Shown here one piece after another: positions 25,600 to 38,600 of a stretch of 64,000 bases of DNA. Position numbers and translations under genes: made by a program. Under the pieces are notes generated by a model. It saw nothing but the letters and a program-made list of their open reading frames with translations. It did no database searches and had not been told where the DNA came from. Positions within the stretch are counted from its first letter, which is position 1, and the number at the start of each line of letters is the position of its first letter. This stretch comes from Chlorokybus atmophyticus. Taxonomy: Eukaryota; Plantae; Mesostigma and Chlorokybus algae. The stretch covers positions 88,839 through 152,838 of the forward strand of contig RHPI01003788.1 in the NCBI GenBank assembly GCA_009103225.1, written 5' to 3'.

Positions 25600-26800
25600 C
25601 ACCAACTCTCTAGTTTCTTACGTGCTGATTGACAGACACAACATCCCATTTGCGGGCGAGCGCAAGTGCTTTTTCTTCTTCTTCTTTGTTTCTCCTTCGG
25701 GCACCTCATCGCGAGCCACCGCCACCGCCATTCATGAGGCGTCGTTCTCCAATTGGAGCAAAGCACCTCTACACTTTGTCGCGCGCAACACAGTATCAGA
25801 ATGGAGTGTGATATCAACTCCAACTGCGGCGGTGATCTGTACGAGGCCTTTGCAGGTGGCATTGGATGGGACGCAACTCTTTTCAAAACGCATGAATGGC
25901 GAGTCCAGGTTGATAAGGATGTCGGTAACCGCGTCTACAATAGCAATGTCGTTTACTTGCTCGGGTGAGGCGCGAGTCCTGCAAACACACACCCAATCAC
26001 ACACACACATACTCGCGTACGTATGCGCGCGCTCGCACGCACGCGTGTCTGCATGCAGCACATATATATGTGTGCTGCGTGCACACAGCACTCTGCTGCA
26101 CGCAATGGCCAACAGCAACGACAGCGAGATTGTTGCAAAGTTGTGGCACTAGCTACTGCATCAACCTGAATGGCGTCAAGTACTATACCCGTCTTGCGCT
26201 TTTATGCGAGTCATGAGCTCCGGTAGATATAGATCGGGCATTGCCACAAACTTTCGCTTGAATTGCAGCCTTTTCGTTGGCTAGGCAGTAAGCCTTGATA
26301 TAGCGGATGTCTGAAGCGATGGACCTGATGATTGCCAAAATCATATCGAAGTCGGCATTCATTTGCTTGACCTTCTCATTTGCGGATTTGAACCAGCCTG
26401 GCATGGCTGCGGAGAACAAGCAAACAGTGCCTTCAAGGGTGAAAGCGTTGCGAGAGATGCGTGCATGTGCAGACACACTTTAACACACAGCACTGCAGTT
26501 GCATTTCAAGAACACACACCTTCAAGCGCTCGATTTTGTACACACATGCGCGCACACACGAACCCTCACCGCTGTCATCTTCATCTTTGTGGCTGCCTCC
26601 TTCAGTGCAGCAAATTGTGCGCCTCCTATATCCACTGCGCCAAATAGATGGCCGAGCACCAGCAGCAGCACGATGATAATGCGGGGCATTAGTAGAGGTG
26701 GCAGAGTTTCCCCCCGTTATCAACCTTGGGCTGTGCAGGCTTGTTCGGTCGTTGTGACCGACGCCATCATGATGATTTGCACAAAGAGGGTGACAGAATT
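25600..26800 (-). pseudogene. Family-2 copy P (coiled coil + PD-(D/E)XK-like domain), disrupted
   Basis: Exons encode ..TICCTEGGSHKDEDDSG|, AMPGWFKSANEKVKQMNADFD..IASDIRYIKAYC and SPEQVNDIAIVDAV..QITAAVGVDITLHSDTVLRATKCRGALLQL, with stops and a frameshift near the C-terminus. Confidence 0.7.
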
Positions 26801-28939
26801 ACGCCTGCTGCCACAGCTGACTCTGCGTGTTCATCTGGCCAGCACCAAGTAGTGCACATCAAACTGGTACACAAACATAGACATGCTGGCAGTGGTTGCC
26901 AAACGGAAGATTCAACGCCTTGCCAAACGCCGTGTGCACACACAACCACATGCACAGATTGCCCATACCCAAAGCATGGGCTTGAATTCTAAGGAAGCAT
27001 AAGAAATAAATCTAGCTGTGGTCTTCCTGCACTGCACTTGCATGCGACAGCTGTACATGTCAGCTTGCTCTGGCGTGACCCAGCTGCGGCAGCACTAGGA
27101 CCATGCAGTCACGCTTCAACGTCACACCAACTGGCACAATCAGCTGCGTCAACTGTGATCGGCTGCTTGATCAGCTAGCCAATTGACAATTAACAAGTAG
27201 AAAGATCAGCTTACGCTGTACCTGTCAAGCGGCTGGTCAACTGCGGCAAGCCGCCCATTAGCCTTCACAGCAAAGCGACCAACCGGCTACGCGGTGTAAA
27301 GAATTCGAGCAGAGGCACGAATACCAAGCTTACACTCTCTCTTCCTCCCCTTCCTCCTACTCTTCGTCCTCGTTCTCCGCCTTCTCGTCCTCCTCCGCCG
27401 CCTCCGCCGCCGCCGCCGCCCTCAGGCCAGCCGCATGCAAGACCGAGAGCTGCAGCGCAGCGCAGGTCCTGTCCACACTGGCCGTCATATCGGTGGATGT
27501 CCCTTTCGGAGCCGCCGATATCGGTGGAGGTGTCTGTCGATCACCTGCTGCGGAATGCCTCACACATATCCCAAATGGCAACCGCTCATGGTCAGAAGCA
27601 GGGAAGGGAGGGGAAGGCTGTTCCATGCGTGCAGGAACTTGACCAAGCTGTCAGCACGTGCAACAGTCTGCGCGTGTCATTTGCTTTGCACCAATGTGCT
27701 GCCTAACTAGTAAGTGCGTGAGTGTAAGGCTGCAGCTAATTACAATCTCACGCAAGAACATACTCGCATATGCATAGGCAAAGACTGTAGCAAGTCAAAC
27801 GCTGACATGCACACCTCAAACTGCCTTACACAACCACCACACTATGCATGTGACAAAGCAAGGTCGACATCAACCAGCCTCTTGTACAACCAAAAGTAAA
27901 CACCGGAATCGTTTTGACAGGTAGATGTCAACAAGTACATGTCAGCTACTGCCAAGTCCTATCTGCCTGCTAATTATGCATGCGATTAGCAGGCAGGCAG
28001 CACGCACAGAGCAAAACATCAGTGCATGAGCACAGTAACTACAGTTAATCAGTGGTTAAGTGCACTCAAGGACCATGCCTTGCAGCTGAGCTTTGTCGGC
28101 GCACTACCATCTGATACCCGGGAAAACAAGCAGCTGTCTGAGAGCCTCAGCAAGACCAAGGCTGTTTCACTGCCAAGCAAGCACGAGCAAGCTACACGGT
28201 GGCAGTTGCTTTGTTGCAAGCACTTGCGCACGCTGTTATCTCTGCCAAGCTGCTGAAAGCTCCTACTCAACCAGCTGAACTGCAATGGCGCAGGCAACTG
28301 TGGCGAGAGACACAAAGTGCATTTGCCTGTTGGGGTGCGCGCGCAAAGCTTGATACCGCATCATCGTGTACACTACTGTCTGTGCCTCCTCTACACACAT
28401 GACACTCATCACGCACCTGCACCTTCCCTGTTGTGCTGTGCTTGGCTGGTGACAAGGACATGGGTGCAGACAAGCACACACGTAGCGCGGTGGGTGGCAC
28501 AGGCGTATGCGTGCACTGATTGCATGTTCTAAGAGTAGCCGTGCCGGTGCATACTGACCTGCTCTCCGAGGCCATCAACAGGCAACCTGGCACGCGGGTA
28601 GGACTGATGGGTGTATGCGTGTACAGGTAGTTGATGGCTCGTTAGTGACGGCGTATCTATATCACCTTACAGACAACATATGTACTGGTATGCGAGGTTC
28701 AAATGCATTGCGGCCATTTGCCCACATTCCCACCGTGCCACACATGCAATCACGTGCGCGCACAAGCACTGCCCAACTGTTCTGCACACGCACACACGCG
28801 TACCCTTAACACTGTTCGCAGGTCACCACTTCCCGGCACAAGCAAGCACCCGCGCACCTGCGTACTACTCCACAGTCTTTGTAGCCTGAGGGAAGGAGTG
28901 GTCACACACGTGCGGTCTGCTTGCACCCACCCCAACACT

Positions 28940-29940
28940 TCAATTCTTTGCTTGCCGCTTGACGAGCACCACAACACCCAACTCGCGGGCGAGCGCGAGT
29001 GCTTCCTCTTCCTCTCTTCTGTCTCCTTCGGGTTCGTCGTCCCGAAGCACCGCAACCGCCAACAACGTCAAGTCTTGGCCGTATAGTTGGAGCAACGCAT
29101 CTCTACACTTGGCCGCGCGCAACACAACATCAGAACGGAGTGTGATGTCAATACCAACCGCGGCGGTGACTTGTATGATGCCTCTCGGTGTTACTCTCAT
29201 GGCGCCTTTGCAGTAGCGTATGAACGGGGATTCATTGTCCATGCGCGCGAAGACGATGGCGTCCACGTTTGCAATGTCGTCCCATTGTTCAGGCGTGATG
29301 CACGTGTCCTGCACACATACGCACAAACAGCACTTTGCTCAAGCTAGCCAACAGCAACAGGAAAGGGCCTTCACGCAACACATATGTAAAAAACAACCTC
29401 GATGGCGTTGAGTACAAGTTTGGATGCCATGCCATCTTCCGCGCGAGTGAGAGTCATAAGCGCGGACAAGAATAGGTTGGGCATTGCGAGAAACTTGCGC
29501 TTGAATTCTAGCTTTTCAGTTGCTTAGCAGCACGCCTTCACATAGCGCATGTCTGAAGCGATCAACCTCATGTCGGACTTGAGCGACCCGATGTCGGTCA
29601 CCGCCTGACTCCAAGCCAATTGGTTTTAGCTAGCTTATCGTATGTGGCATGGGTGCGGATAACAAGATGACATATTATATAGCACGCGTGCGCATACACA
29701 CATATGCGCATGAGCGCGTCCACGCTCTCACCGCTCGTCATCCTCTTTTCCGTTGCCTCCTCCAGAGCAGCAAGCCGTGCTCCTGTTACATCCACTGCTC
29801 CAAGCTTTGGGCGCAAAGAATGGGCGAGCAGCAGCATTACGGTGATGATAATGCGGAGCAGTAGATTGCCGAGCTTCTCCTCGTTATTAACCCTGTGCTA
29901 TGCAGGCTTACCGCTGTGGCCAACGCCATGGCTTGCAAAA
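28940..29940 (-). pseudogene. Family-2 copy Q; last exon (about 29308-28940) open, upstream exon disrupted
   Basis: Last exon DTCITPEQWDDIANVDAIVFA..QVTAAVGIDITLRSDVVLRAAKCRDALLQL..LAVAVL..EEEEALALARELGVVVLVK. Upstream exon AVTDIGSLKSDMRLIASDMRYVKACC* contains a stop. Confidence 0.72.
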
Positions 29941-30639
29941 GAGGGCAAGCTGAACGACTGCTGCCACAGCTGAGTCTGCAAGATCATCATCTAGTGAGCA
30001 TCCAATACACTTCGTACTGACTGACTCAGCTGTCCGTATTACTGACACCAACATAGACATGCTGGCAGTAGTAACTTTACTGCAAATTTCAATGCTTCAA
30101 AGTGCCTTGCACACACAACCACATGCACAGATCGCTCACACCCAAAGCATGGGCTTGACCCTAACAACAATATCATGCCTGATGCATGAGGTTCGGACTT
30201 AGCTTTGGTCTGCCTGCACTGCACTTCCTTGCAACAGCTATGAGCTGCAGCTGTCAGCTTGCTCTGGCGTGACCCAGCTGCGGCAGCACTCGGACCATGC
30301 ATTCAAGTGTTCGCGTCAGAACTAACCCGCGCGTTCATCAAGTAGTGACACTGGTTGCTTGAACAGCCAGCCAGTTGACATGCAACAAGCTCAAGGGTCA
30401 GCTCAAGCAAGCCCACTTGTCAAGTGCACGGCTGATCGCCTCGGCAAGCCGCCCTTTCGCCTTGAGAGCAAAGCCACTAGTAGACCAAGCGAGTGTGAGG
30501 AACGCACGGACCAGAAGCTTACATTCACTCCTCCTTCCCGTCCTCCTCCTCCGCCGCCGCCCTCAGGCCAGCCGCATGCCAACCAGAGAGTTGCCAAGCA
30601 GGTCTTGTCAACACTGGACGTCAAATCAATCGCTGCCCC

Positions 30640-30790
30640 TTTCGGACCCGCCGACATCGTTGACAATGTACTGCAGAATGCCTCTGTCTCGCACAGCTTC
30701 GTGGCTACTGGAAGGTGGGGAACGGCGCTGCTGCTTTGCTGCTGCTGCTTGTCGCTGCGCTGGCGGGCAGGAGGGTCCAGGACGGAGGGC
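30640..30790 (+). repeat. Central element copy between family-2 copy Q (left, minus) and family-1 5' half M (right, plus)
   Basis: ggcgctgctgctttgctgctgctgcttgtcgctgcgctggcgggcagg. Confidence 0.65.
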
Positions 30791-31249
30791 GCGCGTAGGT
30801 GCTTGCTGGCTCTCTCAAGCGTTTCTGAGTGGGGTGAGGCGCAACCGCGTTGGAGGCGCTTGTTCAACCAAATGGCGTGGCTGGCTTGCTACCTGCCAGG
30901 CCCACAGGCAGGCGCAGTGCGTGTTGAAGCATGCTGCATGCTGTTCTGAAGGCTTCATATCAAGCAAGCTTAGTATGGCTACAGCCGTTGCTGGTCTACA
31001 AGGGGCTTTTCTGAGTTGCATGGTCTCTTGGCTCATTATTGCATTGATTGTTTTGCTGAGAAGTGACTTGCTTGCTTTTCATATTGGCATTTCTACATCG
31101 CTCTTCTCGTGCACATACGCTTACCATCTGCAGGCACAGATTGTCCGTGCAAGCCTCATGCTGACAGCTACCACATGTCGCATGCTCTGCTTGTGACATT
31201 CTCTATCTATTTACGATTGTTGCTGAAAAGTTTTGCTCAACACCACAGC

Positions 31250-32012
31250 ATGCTACTAACAGGACTCTGTGCTGTGTCGCTCAACATGGATGCTGTTTTA
31301 GCAGAGGCGTCAACAGCATGTGGACTCAGGTAAGCGAACAAGAATATCGCGCAGCATGCACTTGAGCATGCCAGTGAAGCTGTCTTGGCAGAAGCAAGGC
31401 TACAATGTGCAGGCGGCTGTCAAGGTACTACAACCAGGATGCATTGCAATCCAGCGGCTGCGCTGTTGCAAGTCGCTTACACAGGCAGCAACCGCAAAAG
31501 CATATCAGGTGGTGGAAATGCCAGCAGCGTGTGTGTTACCATGTGAGCTGTGTTTCAGACTTGGAAAGACTGTTAATTTCTGCGACAAGACCTGTTACAC
31601 CAACTTCTGACTGTGAGTGTTTCTGTTACATCATCCAAGTTGGCAGGGAGCTGACGGCTTGCTTGCTTAGAACCCGACTCAAGACTCGGTTGCGCCACTT
31701 GCAGCCTCTTTGCGCGCGTTCGCAAAGTACGCAACGTTGTCTTGACTGGAAAAGTTGTTGACATGCTGTTGCTTGAGACTTGTACGCAACATGCCAATTG
31801 GAAACTATGAGTGTTGCTACCTGTGCTGTCGTTGTAATATGTGGTGGGGGGGGGGGGGGGGGGGGCGNGCGGACATGCATGCACGCGTGCGCATGCGTAA
31901 CCATGTGTGGGTGCACGTAAGCACATGCCAGTATCTCTCACAGCGTTTCAAATTTAATGGCAATATTTGCTTCTCCTCCGCAGCCATGCCGGCCTGGTTC
32001 AAACCCGCAATT
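31250..32012 (+). pseudogene. Chimeric fragment M: family-1 5' exons joined to the start of the family-2 AMPAWFK exon, truncated by the gypsy remnant
   Basis: HALEHASEAVLAE.. and QVGRELTACLLRTRLKTRL..SQ exons (phase-1 donor AAA|GTACGC near 31728), then CTCCTCCGCAG|CCATGCCGGCCTGGTTCAAACCCGCA (phase-1 acceptor at about 31983). Confidence 0.65.
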
Positions 32013-33238
32013 GAAGGGCAACGTGCGCAACGGTTTCGGTGGGAAGGAGGCCACCTTGTGCGCTTGATGCCTGATGGAGGTTTGAGGATTGTGCCTCAAC
32101 CACATGAGAGGAAGCCGCTTGTGGAGCTGCTTCATGAGAAGATGGGCCACTTTGGTGTCAAGAGGACACTTGGGCTTGTGCAATTAGCATATTGGTGGGC
32201 TGGCATGCAGTCTACCGTGGCGGGAGTGGTCGCGAGTTGTGTGGAGTGCGACAGGGTGAAGGCGAGCTTCAATGCCAAGCACCCATAGCTGCACCCTCTA
32301 CCAATACAAGGAATATTCTATCGATGGAGCCTAGATCTGGCCAGAGACCTACCAGTCAGCAAAAGAGGCAACCGCTACGTGCTCGTGATGATTGAGCACT
32401 TCTCAAAGTGGGTCGAGGTGGTGGCGTTGCCGTCGAAGAAGAGCAAGCTAGTTGCTGAGGCTTTCCTTGACCAAGCGCTGAGCAGATTCGGAGCCTGTGC
32501 CGAGGTCTCACTGACCAAGGCACTGAGTTTCGTGGCCAGTTCGATGACTTGTTGGCGCAAGCCTTCATTGATCATCGCAGGACTTCCCGTGATCATCCCC
32601 AAGCTGATGGGCTTGCGGAGAGAATGGTACAGGTGGTGAAGAAGGGGCTTCGCAAGTATGATCTCACTCACAACAAGAGAGACTGGGACTTGGCGTTGCC
32701 GTGGCTGGCGATGGGCTACCGCATGACGCGACAAGCTGCGCTGAGCTCATACAGCCCCTACTTCTTGTTGTATGAGAGAGAGCCCATACTGCCAACATCA
32801 ATCAGGAGGCAGGTTGAGCAGGAGCTTGACTTGGAGGATCCCAATGTGTGGGAGAGAGAGATAGCAAAGCGTGCAGAGCTGTTTTGGCGTGTAATGCCAA
32901 TGGCACTTGGCAACCTGCAAGTGGCACAACACCGCGACACGCTGCGCTATGCCAGGGTGAGGAGTGGCTTCTACAAGCCAAGACTGCAGGAGTTTCAGCC
33001 TAGAGACTTCATCTATCTGCAGGCGAAGACCAAGGACACATTGGACACGAGTGCGAGTCGCACCATTCTGCATGAGAAACAGGTCCTCAGCAACGGAGTG
33101 TTGCTGCTGGAGGGAGCTGATGCTTGCACTACCAAGGAGCACATGAAAAGCTGCGCTCCTTGCCATCTGCCCAACGTGGATGACCACGTGGATCCGTCGA
33201 CGGCAATACCAGGTGTGGATCACCGTTGTGAGCGGTGT

Positions 33239-33912
33239 TGTGACGGTGCTCGTGCCTTGTCACCTGTGAGTTGGTCCCATCAACAACCCTCTCACCAAGA
33301 CACGGTATTCACACCGGAACCTTGCCCCCTCTGCCAAGCACACACGCGCGCCCCGCCACTCGCGTACGCACGCGCATGCGCTCGAAGCTACACACCGACT
33401 TGTGTAGCGCCTTGAATCGTCACACAAGCAAGCACACACCAGTGGCCACACGCTAGCAACCCCTGCTAACCACCACCAAGCTTGCACACCAGAAACTAGG
33501 GAGCTAAAGGTTCTATTGCACATTGTAGAATGTCACTTTTATACCTACCAGTCTGCACATGCTACTGTCTAGACAATTCTAGCGCTGAACGAAACTAGAA
33601 GCTAAGATATTCTTGCAGAATCTTGTAGTACACTTCTAGACCTTTCCAACGCACCAAAGATCTCCTAATATGCTGCTCATATGGTCAAGTTATACTACTT
33701 GGCGCCAGGCCCTTCCAGAAATCTGGTCGAGCCCTTCTCGACTGGCCCTCCGTTTTCTGGCACCTTCCGGACTGGTCTTGGGGCCCCGGTCGATATCCGC
33801 GGCAGACTCATAACTCGCCGATATCCGCCACAAGTCATAAAAAAACATGTACCTTACAAATAAGGTCTAAAATGGCCATGAAAATCACACAATTATGGCC
33901 TTGACTGTTACA
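33239..33912 (-). repeat. 3' LTR of the chromovirus (674 bp)
   Basis: About 12 substitutions and 2 single-base indels versus the other LTR by eye (about 98% identical). Confidence 0.95.
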
Positions 33913-33925
33913 CTCCTTCCCCCCT
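33913..33925 (-). other. Polypurine tract of the chromovirus
   Basis: Minus strand AGGGGGGAAGGAG directly abuts the 3' LTR. Confidence 0.9.
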
Positions 33926-33929
33926 AGGT

Positions 33930-36900
33930 GAGCTTCGTCCTCGAAGCTCGCGAGGTTGTCGTCGAGCAAGATAGTCACGCACAACGTCTTGAGCATGAGT
34001 CAAGTGTGCCTCTGGCTCTCAGGATGCTTCATGCAACGGATAGCCCTTCCATTTCACTAAGAACTTGCGTACGCCATGCACAAACTTCTCACCAAGGATG
34101 TCTTCTACCTCCCACTCTGGTTCACCATCCGTGCCAACTTCGGGGGGCGGCCTTTCTGGCGGTTGTCCTCGATATGCTTTCAGAAGGGAGACGTGAAAAA
34201 CGGGGTGCACACGCATGGTGTCGGGTAGCTCCAGCATGTACGCCACATCCGAAATAACTTTGCTGACCTTAAATGGTCCCAACCAGCGTTCATTCAGCTT
34301 GCGAACTCCCATACGCACCTGGACGTGCTTCGCGGAGAGTAACACAATGTTGCCTTCCTGAAACGTGAGGTGTCGGCGATGCGCGTCTTCGTACTGCTTC
34401 TGCCGATTTTGTGCCACCAATAGCGCCTCCCTAGCTGCCTTGTTAATGTCCGCGCACTTTGTAAGGAAGTCATTAGCTGCCTCCACGCACGTCATGTCGT
34501 CGCGGTGTCCATGACGTCAACGGTATCAATGGATATTGCCCGTAGTTTATAAGGAATGGAGTGACACCTGTGCTTGCATTGTGGTGGTTGTTGATCGCAA
34601 ACTCCACCAACTCAAGCAGCTCCGCCCAATTGTCTTGTCGCGCGTTAACGTAGCAACGCAGCATGTCCTCAATCACACGATTGGCCCGCTTCGTTTGCCC
34701 ATCAGTTTGCGGGTGGAATGCCGTGCTAAACTTCAATGTGGTACCAAGTGCACTATGCAGCGCCTCCCAAAACTTACTCGTAAAGCGCGGGTCGCAATCA
34801 CTCACAATGCTTCGTGGTAATCCATGAGAACGAAATACATGCTTCACGAACAAGCGTGCTGCCTCCGGTGCCGTGCAAGACTCACTACACTGTGCCAAGC
34901 GTACCATTTTGCTGGTTTTATCGACGAACACAAGTATAGCGTCGTACCCTTCTTTTGTCTTTGGTAGCCCCGTGATAAAGTTCATGGTAACTTGCTCCCA
35001 CTTGGACAATGGCACAGGGAGAGGTTGCAGCAACCCACCTGGCTTTTGGTTGCTTGCCTTCACCCTTTGGCATGCGTCGCACAACGCCACGTAGTCGCGC
35101 ACATCGCGATGCATCTCTCGCCAGTAAAAACGCTGTTTTAAGCTTGCCAAAGTCCTTTCCAACCCTTGGTGACCAGCAATGGGCACGTCATGAGCTTCCT
35201 TCAGCAATCTCACGTGGATATGCGCAACGTTATGGATGTACAAGCGCCCGTGGTGCCACAGCAGCCCGTCGCATTGACCAGTGCCCACTTGTGTCCGTAG
35301 CTGCATTTTCCAGCTCTTGCAACACTTTCATACCCTCCGTGTCTTCACGAAGCACTTGCCAAATCTGGTCGGTCCACTCGGGCTGCACTTGAGCGAGTGC
35401 CTCAATTGCATTAAGCCGGCTCAGCGCGTCAGCAACACCATTTGACGTACCGGGCTTGTACTTGATATCGAAGTCAAAAAGTTGAAAGAACTCAAGCCAT
35501 TGAGCTTGTCTGCGACTTAGATGAGGTTGTGTTTGTAAGTACCTCAGTGGAGAGTGATCCGTCTCAAGCACGAACTTTTTGCCTTCCAGAAAACAACGCC
35601 ATTGTGGTAGCGCCATGACTTGCGCCAAAAGTTCCTTCTCGTGCACGGGGTAATTCAGCTCCGCACCACTCATCTTCTTGCTGAAGAATGCTACTGGTTG
35701 AAGGCCGTTGCCATGGTCTTGCTGCAAAACAGCTCCTACGGCTGTGTCGGACGCGTCGCAAGCCAAAATAAATGTCTTTTCCATGGCGGGGTGAGCCAGG
35801 ACTGGTGCCTCCGTCAGCGCCTTATTCAACGCAGCAAATGCATGTTCCTCTATTGCTGACCAGCTTCAAGGCTTTCCCTTCTTAAGTAGGGCAGTCAAGG
35901 GAGCAGCTATTCGCCAAAACCCCATGATAAACTTGCGATAATACCCCGCAAGGCCTAAAAAGGACATCACCTCCTTTACGTTGGTTGGGGAAGCCCACTC
36001 GCGCACCACCTGCACTTTGTTGGGGTCCGGCTTGATGCCTTCATGCGACACAATGTGGCCTAGGTACTCCACCTCTTGAAGCAAAAATTTGCACTTTTGT
36101 AGCTGGGCGACAACTTGTGTTCGCAAACGCTGCAACACGCGCCGTAGAAGTGCCACGTGCTCCTCCTTTGTTATCGCATACACCAAAATGTCGTCGAGGT
36201 ACACGAGAATTCCCTTACCAATCAAGTCAGCAGAAACGCTGTTCATAAGCGTTTGAAATGATGCCGGTGCGTTTTTAAGTCCGAAGGACATGACCAACCA
36301 CTCGTAGTGCCCATAACGTGTGTTAAAAGCTGTTTTCTCCACATCCTCGGGCGCGATGCGGATTTGGTGATAACCTCCAGCAAGATCAAATGTTGTGAAG
36401 TACTGCGCACCTTGCAATTGCTCCAGCAACTCGTCGATACGTGGGAGTGGAAAGCAATTCCTCTTCGTGATGTTGTTGAGAGCTCGGTAGTCGACGCACA
36501 TGCGCAAGCTCCCGTTCTTCTTTCGTACAAACAAAATAGATGCACCATAGGGGGACTTACTAGGCCTGATGTAGCCTCTTTTCAGCAAGTCCGCCACCTG
36601 CCTCTCGGCCTCTTCCAGCTCCAAAGGTGACAACTTGTATGCGGGTCGATACGGTGGCTTGTGCACGCCCTCAATCAGCTCCACCCGATGGTCTACGCTC
36701 CGTGGAGGTGGTAGACCAGATGGAAGTCCGTCCACCATGATATCTTGGTATTCTTTAACAAGTTTATACACCTCGGGGTCCATCGTAGCCGTCTTAACAT
36801 CGTCACTCAGCTCTGGTGCTGACTTTGCAGTGTTTTCGCGCACCACGCACAACCATGCAGCCTTTGCCTCCCGTGGAGACAATAACTTGCTCAATTGCAC

Positions 36901-37300
36901 ATAACAGATCTGGGCAATTGTCGTACCACCTGATTGTGCGTGCCGCGCCTCGATGACGTCCGACGCAGCTTGAATGGATTCTCCACCATTTCGTTCGATG
37001 GTGAGCGCGCGCTTCCTCCAATTGATGGATGGATTATATTGCCATAGCCACGGTAGTCCCAATATCTCGTCAAACCCGTTCCGTAGGGTAATGCAGCAAA
37101 ATCGCATGTTCTCCTTTATCTTCCCAATGCGAACGCACAACTCTTTGGTCGTAAATGCAGCGCCATCACCTCCAGAGGGTAGCTCTCCATTAGCGAGCTT
37201 CACTTCACCTCCTCGTAATGACGAAAGCCAACCGTAACGCCGCGATATCAATACTCATGAAGTTGCTGTTGACACCGCTATCAATCATGAGCTTACACTC
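33930..37300 (-). pseudogene. Chromovirus pol (protease-RT-RNase H-integrase-chromodomain), broken into several ORFs
   Basis: ORFs 35866..37251 (ILGLPWL, LRMCVDYRALN, YLDDIL), 35230..35829 (LACDASD..HEKELLA), 34473..35306 (HDVPIAGH..CDAC, AFHPQTDGQ) and 34019..34495 (HPVFHVSLLK, EWEVEDIL..FLVKWKGY); TGA replaces the chromodomain Trp after EAS. Confidence 0.92.
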
Positions 37301-37312
37301 TCTCAATCGTCC

Positions 37313-38490
37313 TTAGTCATCGCAAATGTGTGCTCGAAGCTCAAAGTACTTTGTTGTCTCCTCATTTGCATAACTCACCACCATTGGCGCGTTCAAAGCC
37401 ATCTCCTCTTGCTTCTTTAATGGAAATGTCACAGCATTTGTCCATGCATGAGGCTCCTTCCTATCCCCAGCAGTAGCCTCCTCACCTATTAGGGGAAGTC
37501 GTTTTCCTGCTCCACGCCATTTTGCTCCATGGTGTTGACGCGACGATCGGCGAGGGTTGCCATCCGGTCTTGGCCTTTGCGTGCTTCGTTTGGGGCATCC
37601 GTACGCCAAATGCTCCGTCGACCCACACGCATAACACTTGCGCACACCTTTACCTCTTTCACCACGTCCGCCGTGCTTCGCCGCACTTCCATGCGTGTGT
37701 ATGGCACCCATTGGTGCAGGCCCAGAGTCAGCTCCATCTCCATTGGCAAGTGCTAAACTTGGCTCTCCTCGTCTCCATGCATGTTGAAAGCCTCCCCGGG
37801 GCTAATCACCATGCCTTTGCCTCCAGTCAGTATTTCTTGTGGTGGACTTGAAGTACAACGCGTCGAGACGCTCCGCGATGCGTATAGCCTCCGCGAGTGT
37901 CTTAGGGTCCCGTAGCTCCACTTCTTTACGCCCCAAAGGTTTTAAACCACGTGTATACCTGTCCAACTGCTCCTCCTCGGTCATATTGGGTATGGACATC
38001 ACTAATCGCTGAAACGCGGCCGTGTACGCCATCACCGACCCCATTTGCACAAGGGCTGCAAATTTGTTGCGTGCGGCCTTTACGCTCTCAACGGGAACAA
38101 ATTGATGCCTGACCTCCAGTGCCAAATCTTCCATGGTGGTCAATGGTAGCGCCAACTCGTTTGCAACACGCGTACATCGATGCCTCCACCACACAAGTGC
38201 TGCACCTTCAAGCAATGTCGCTGCAACCTCCACGTGCAGATGCGTGGGCACCTCCATGAGCTTCAACTAAGACGATACTTGAAAAATCCATTCATCCACT
38301 GCATCTCCATCACGTTGACCCCTGAATGGCTTGGGCTTTGGCACCTTCACATGCACGCGCGAGCTTGATGCCATGGGAATTTGTACATGCGCCATCGCAT
38401 GCTCATACGCCTCGTGTTGTGCTTGTGCCGCCGCTTGCGTGTGATGAAGCTTTTCTCTTAATGCTAAGATGGCAGCTTGAAACTCTTCCA
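37313..38490 (-). pseudogene. Chromovirus gag with CCHC zinc knuckle, disrupted
   Basis: PKPKPFRG..VDEWIF, LLEGAALVWW, RELRDPKTLAEAI, PMEMEL and CYACGSTEHLAYGC across several ORFs. Confidence 0.88.
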
Positions 38491-38580
38491 TGCGAGCATC
38501 CTCCATCTCCACTAACACACTACACTCCGCTTCCGAATGAAAAGTGTAAACGCCCACACACTTCCTCTCTCACCTTCGTA

Positions 38581-38598
38581 AACCGCGCTCCGATACCA
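38581..38598 (-). other. Primer-binding site complementary to a tRNA 3' end (initiator-Met-like)
   Basis: Minus strand TGGTATCGGAGCGCGGTT, 2 nt inside the 5' LTR; close to the plant tRNA-iMet PBS TGGTATCAGAGC. Confidence 0.8.
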
Positions 38599-38600
38599 GT

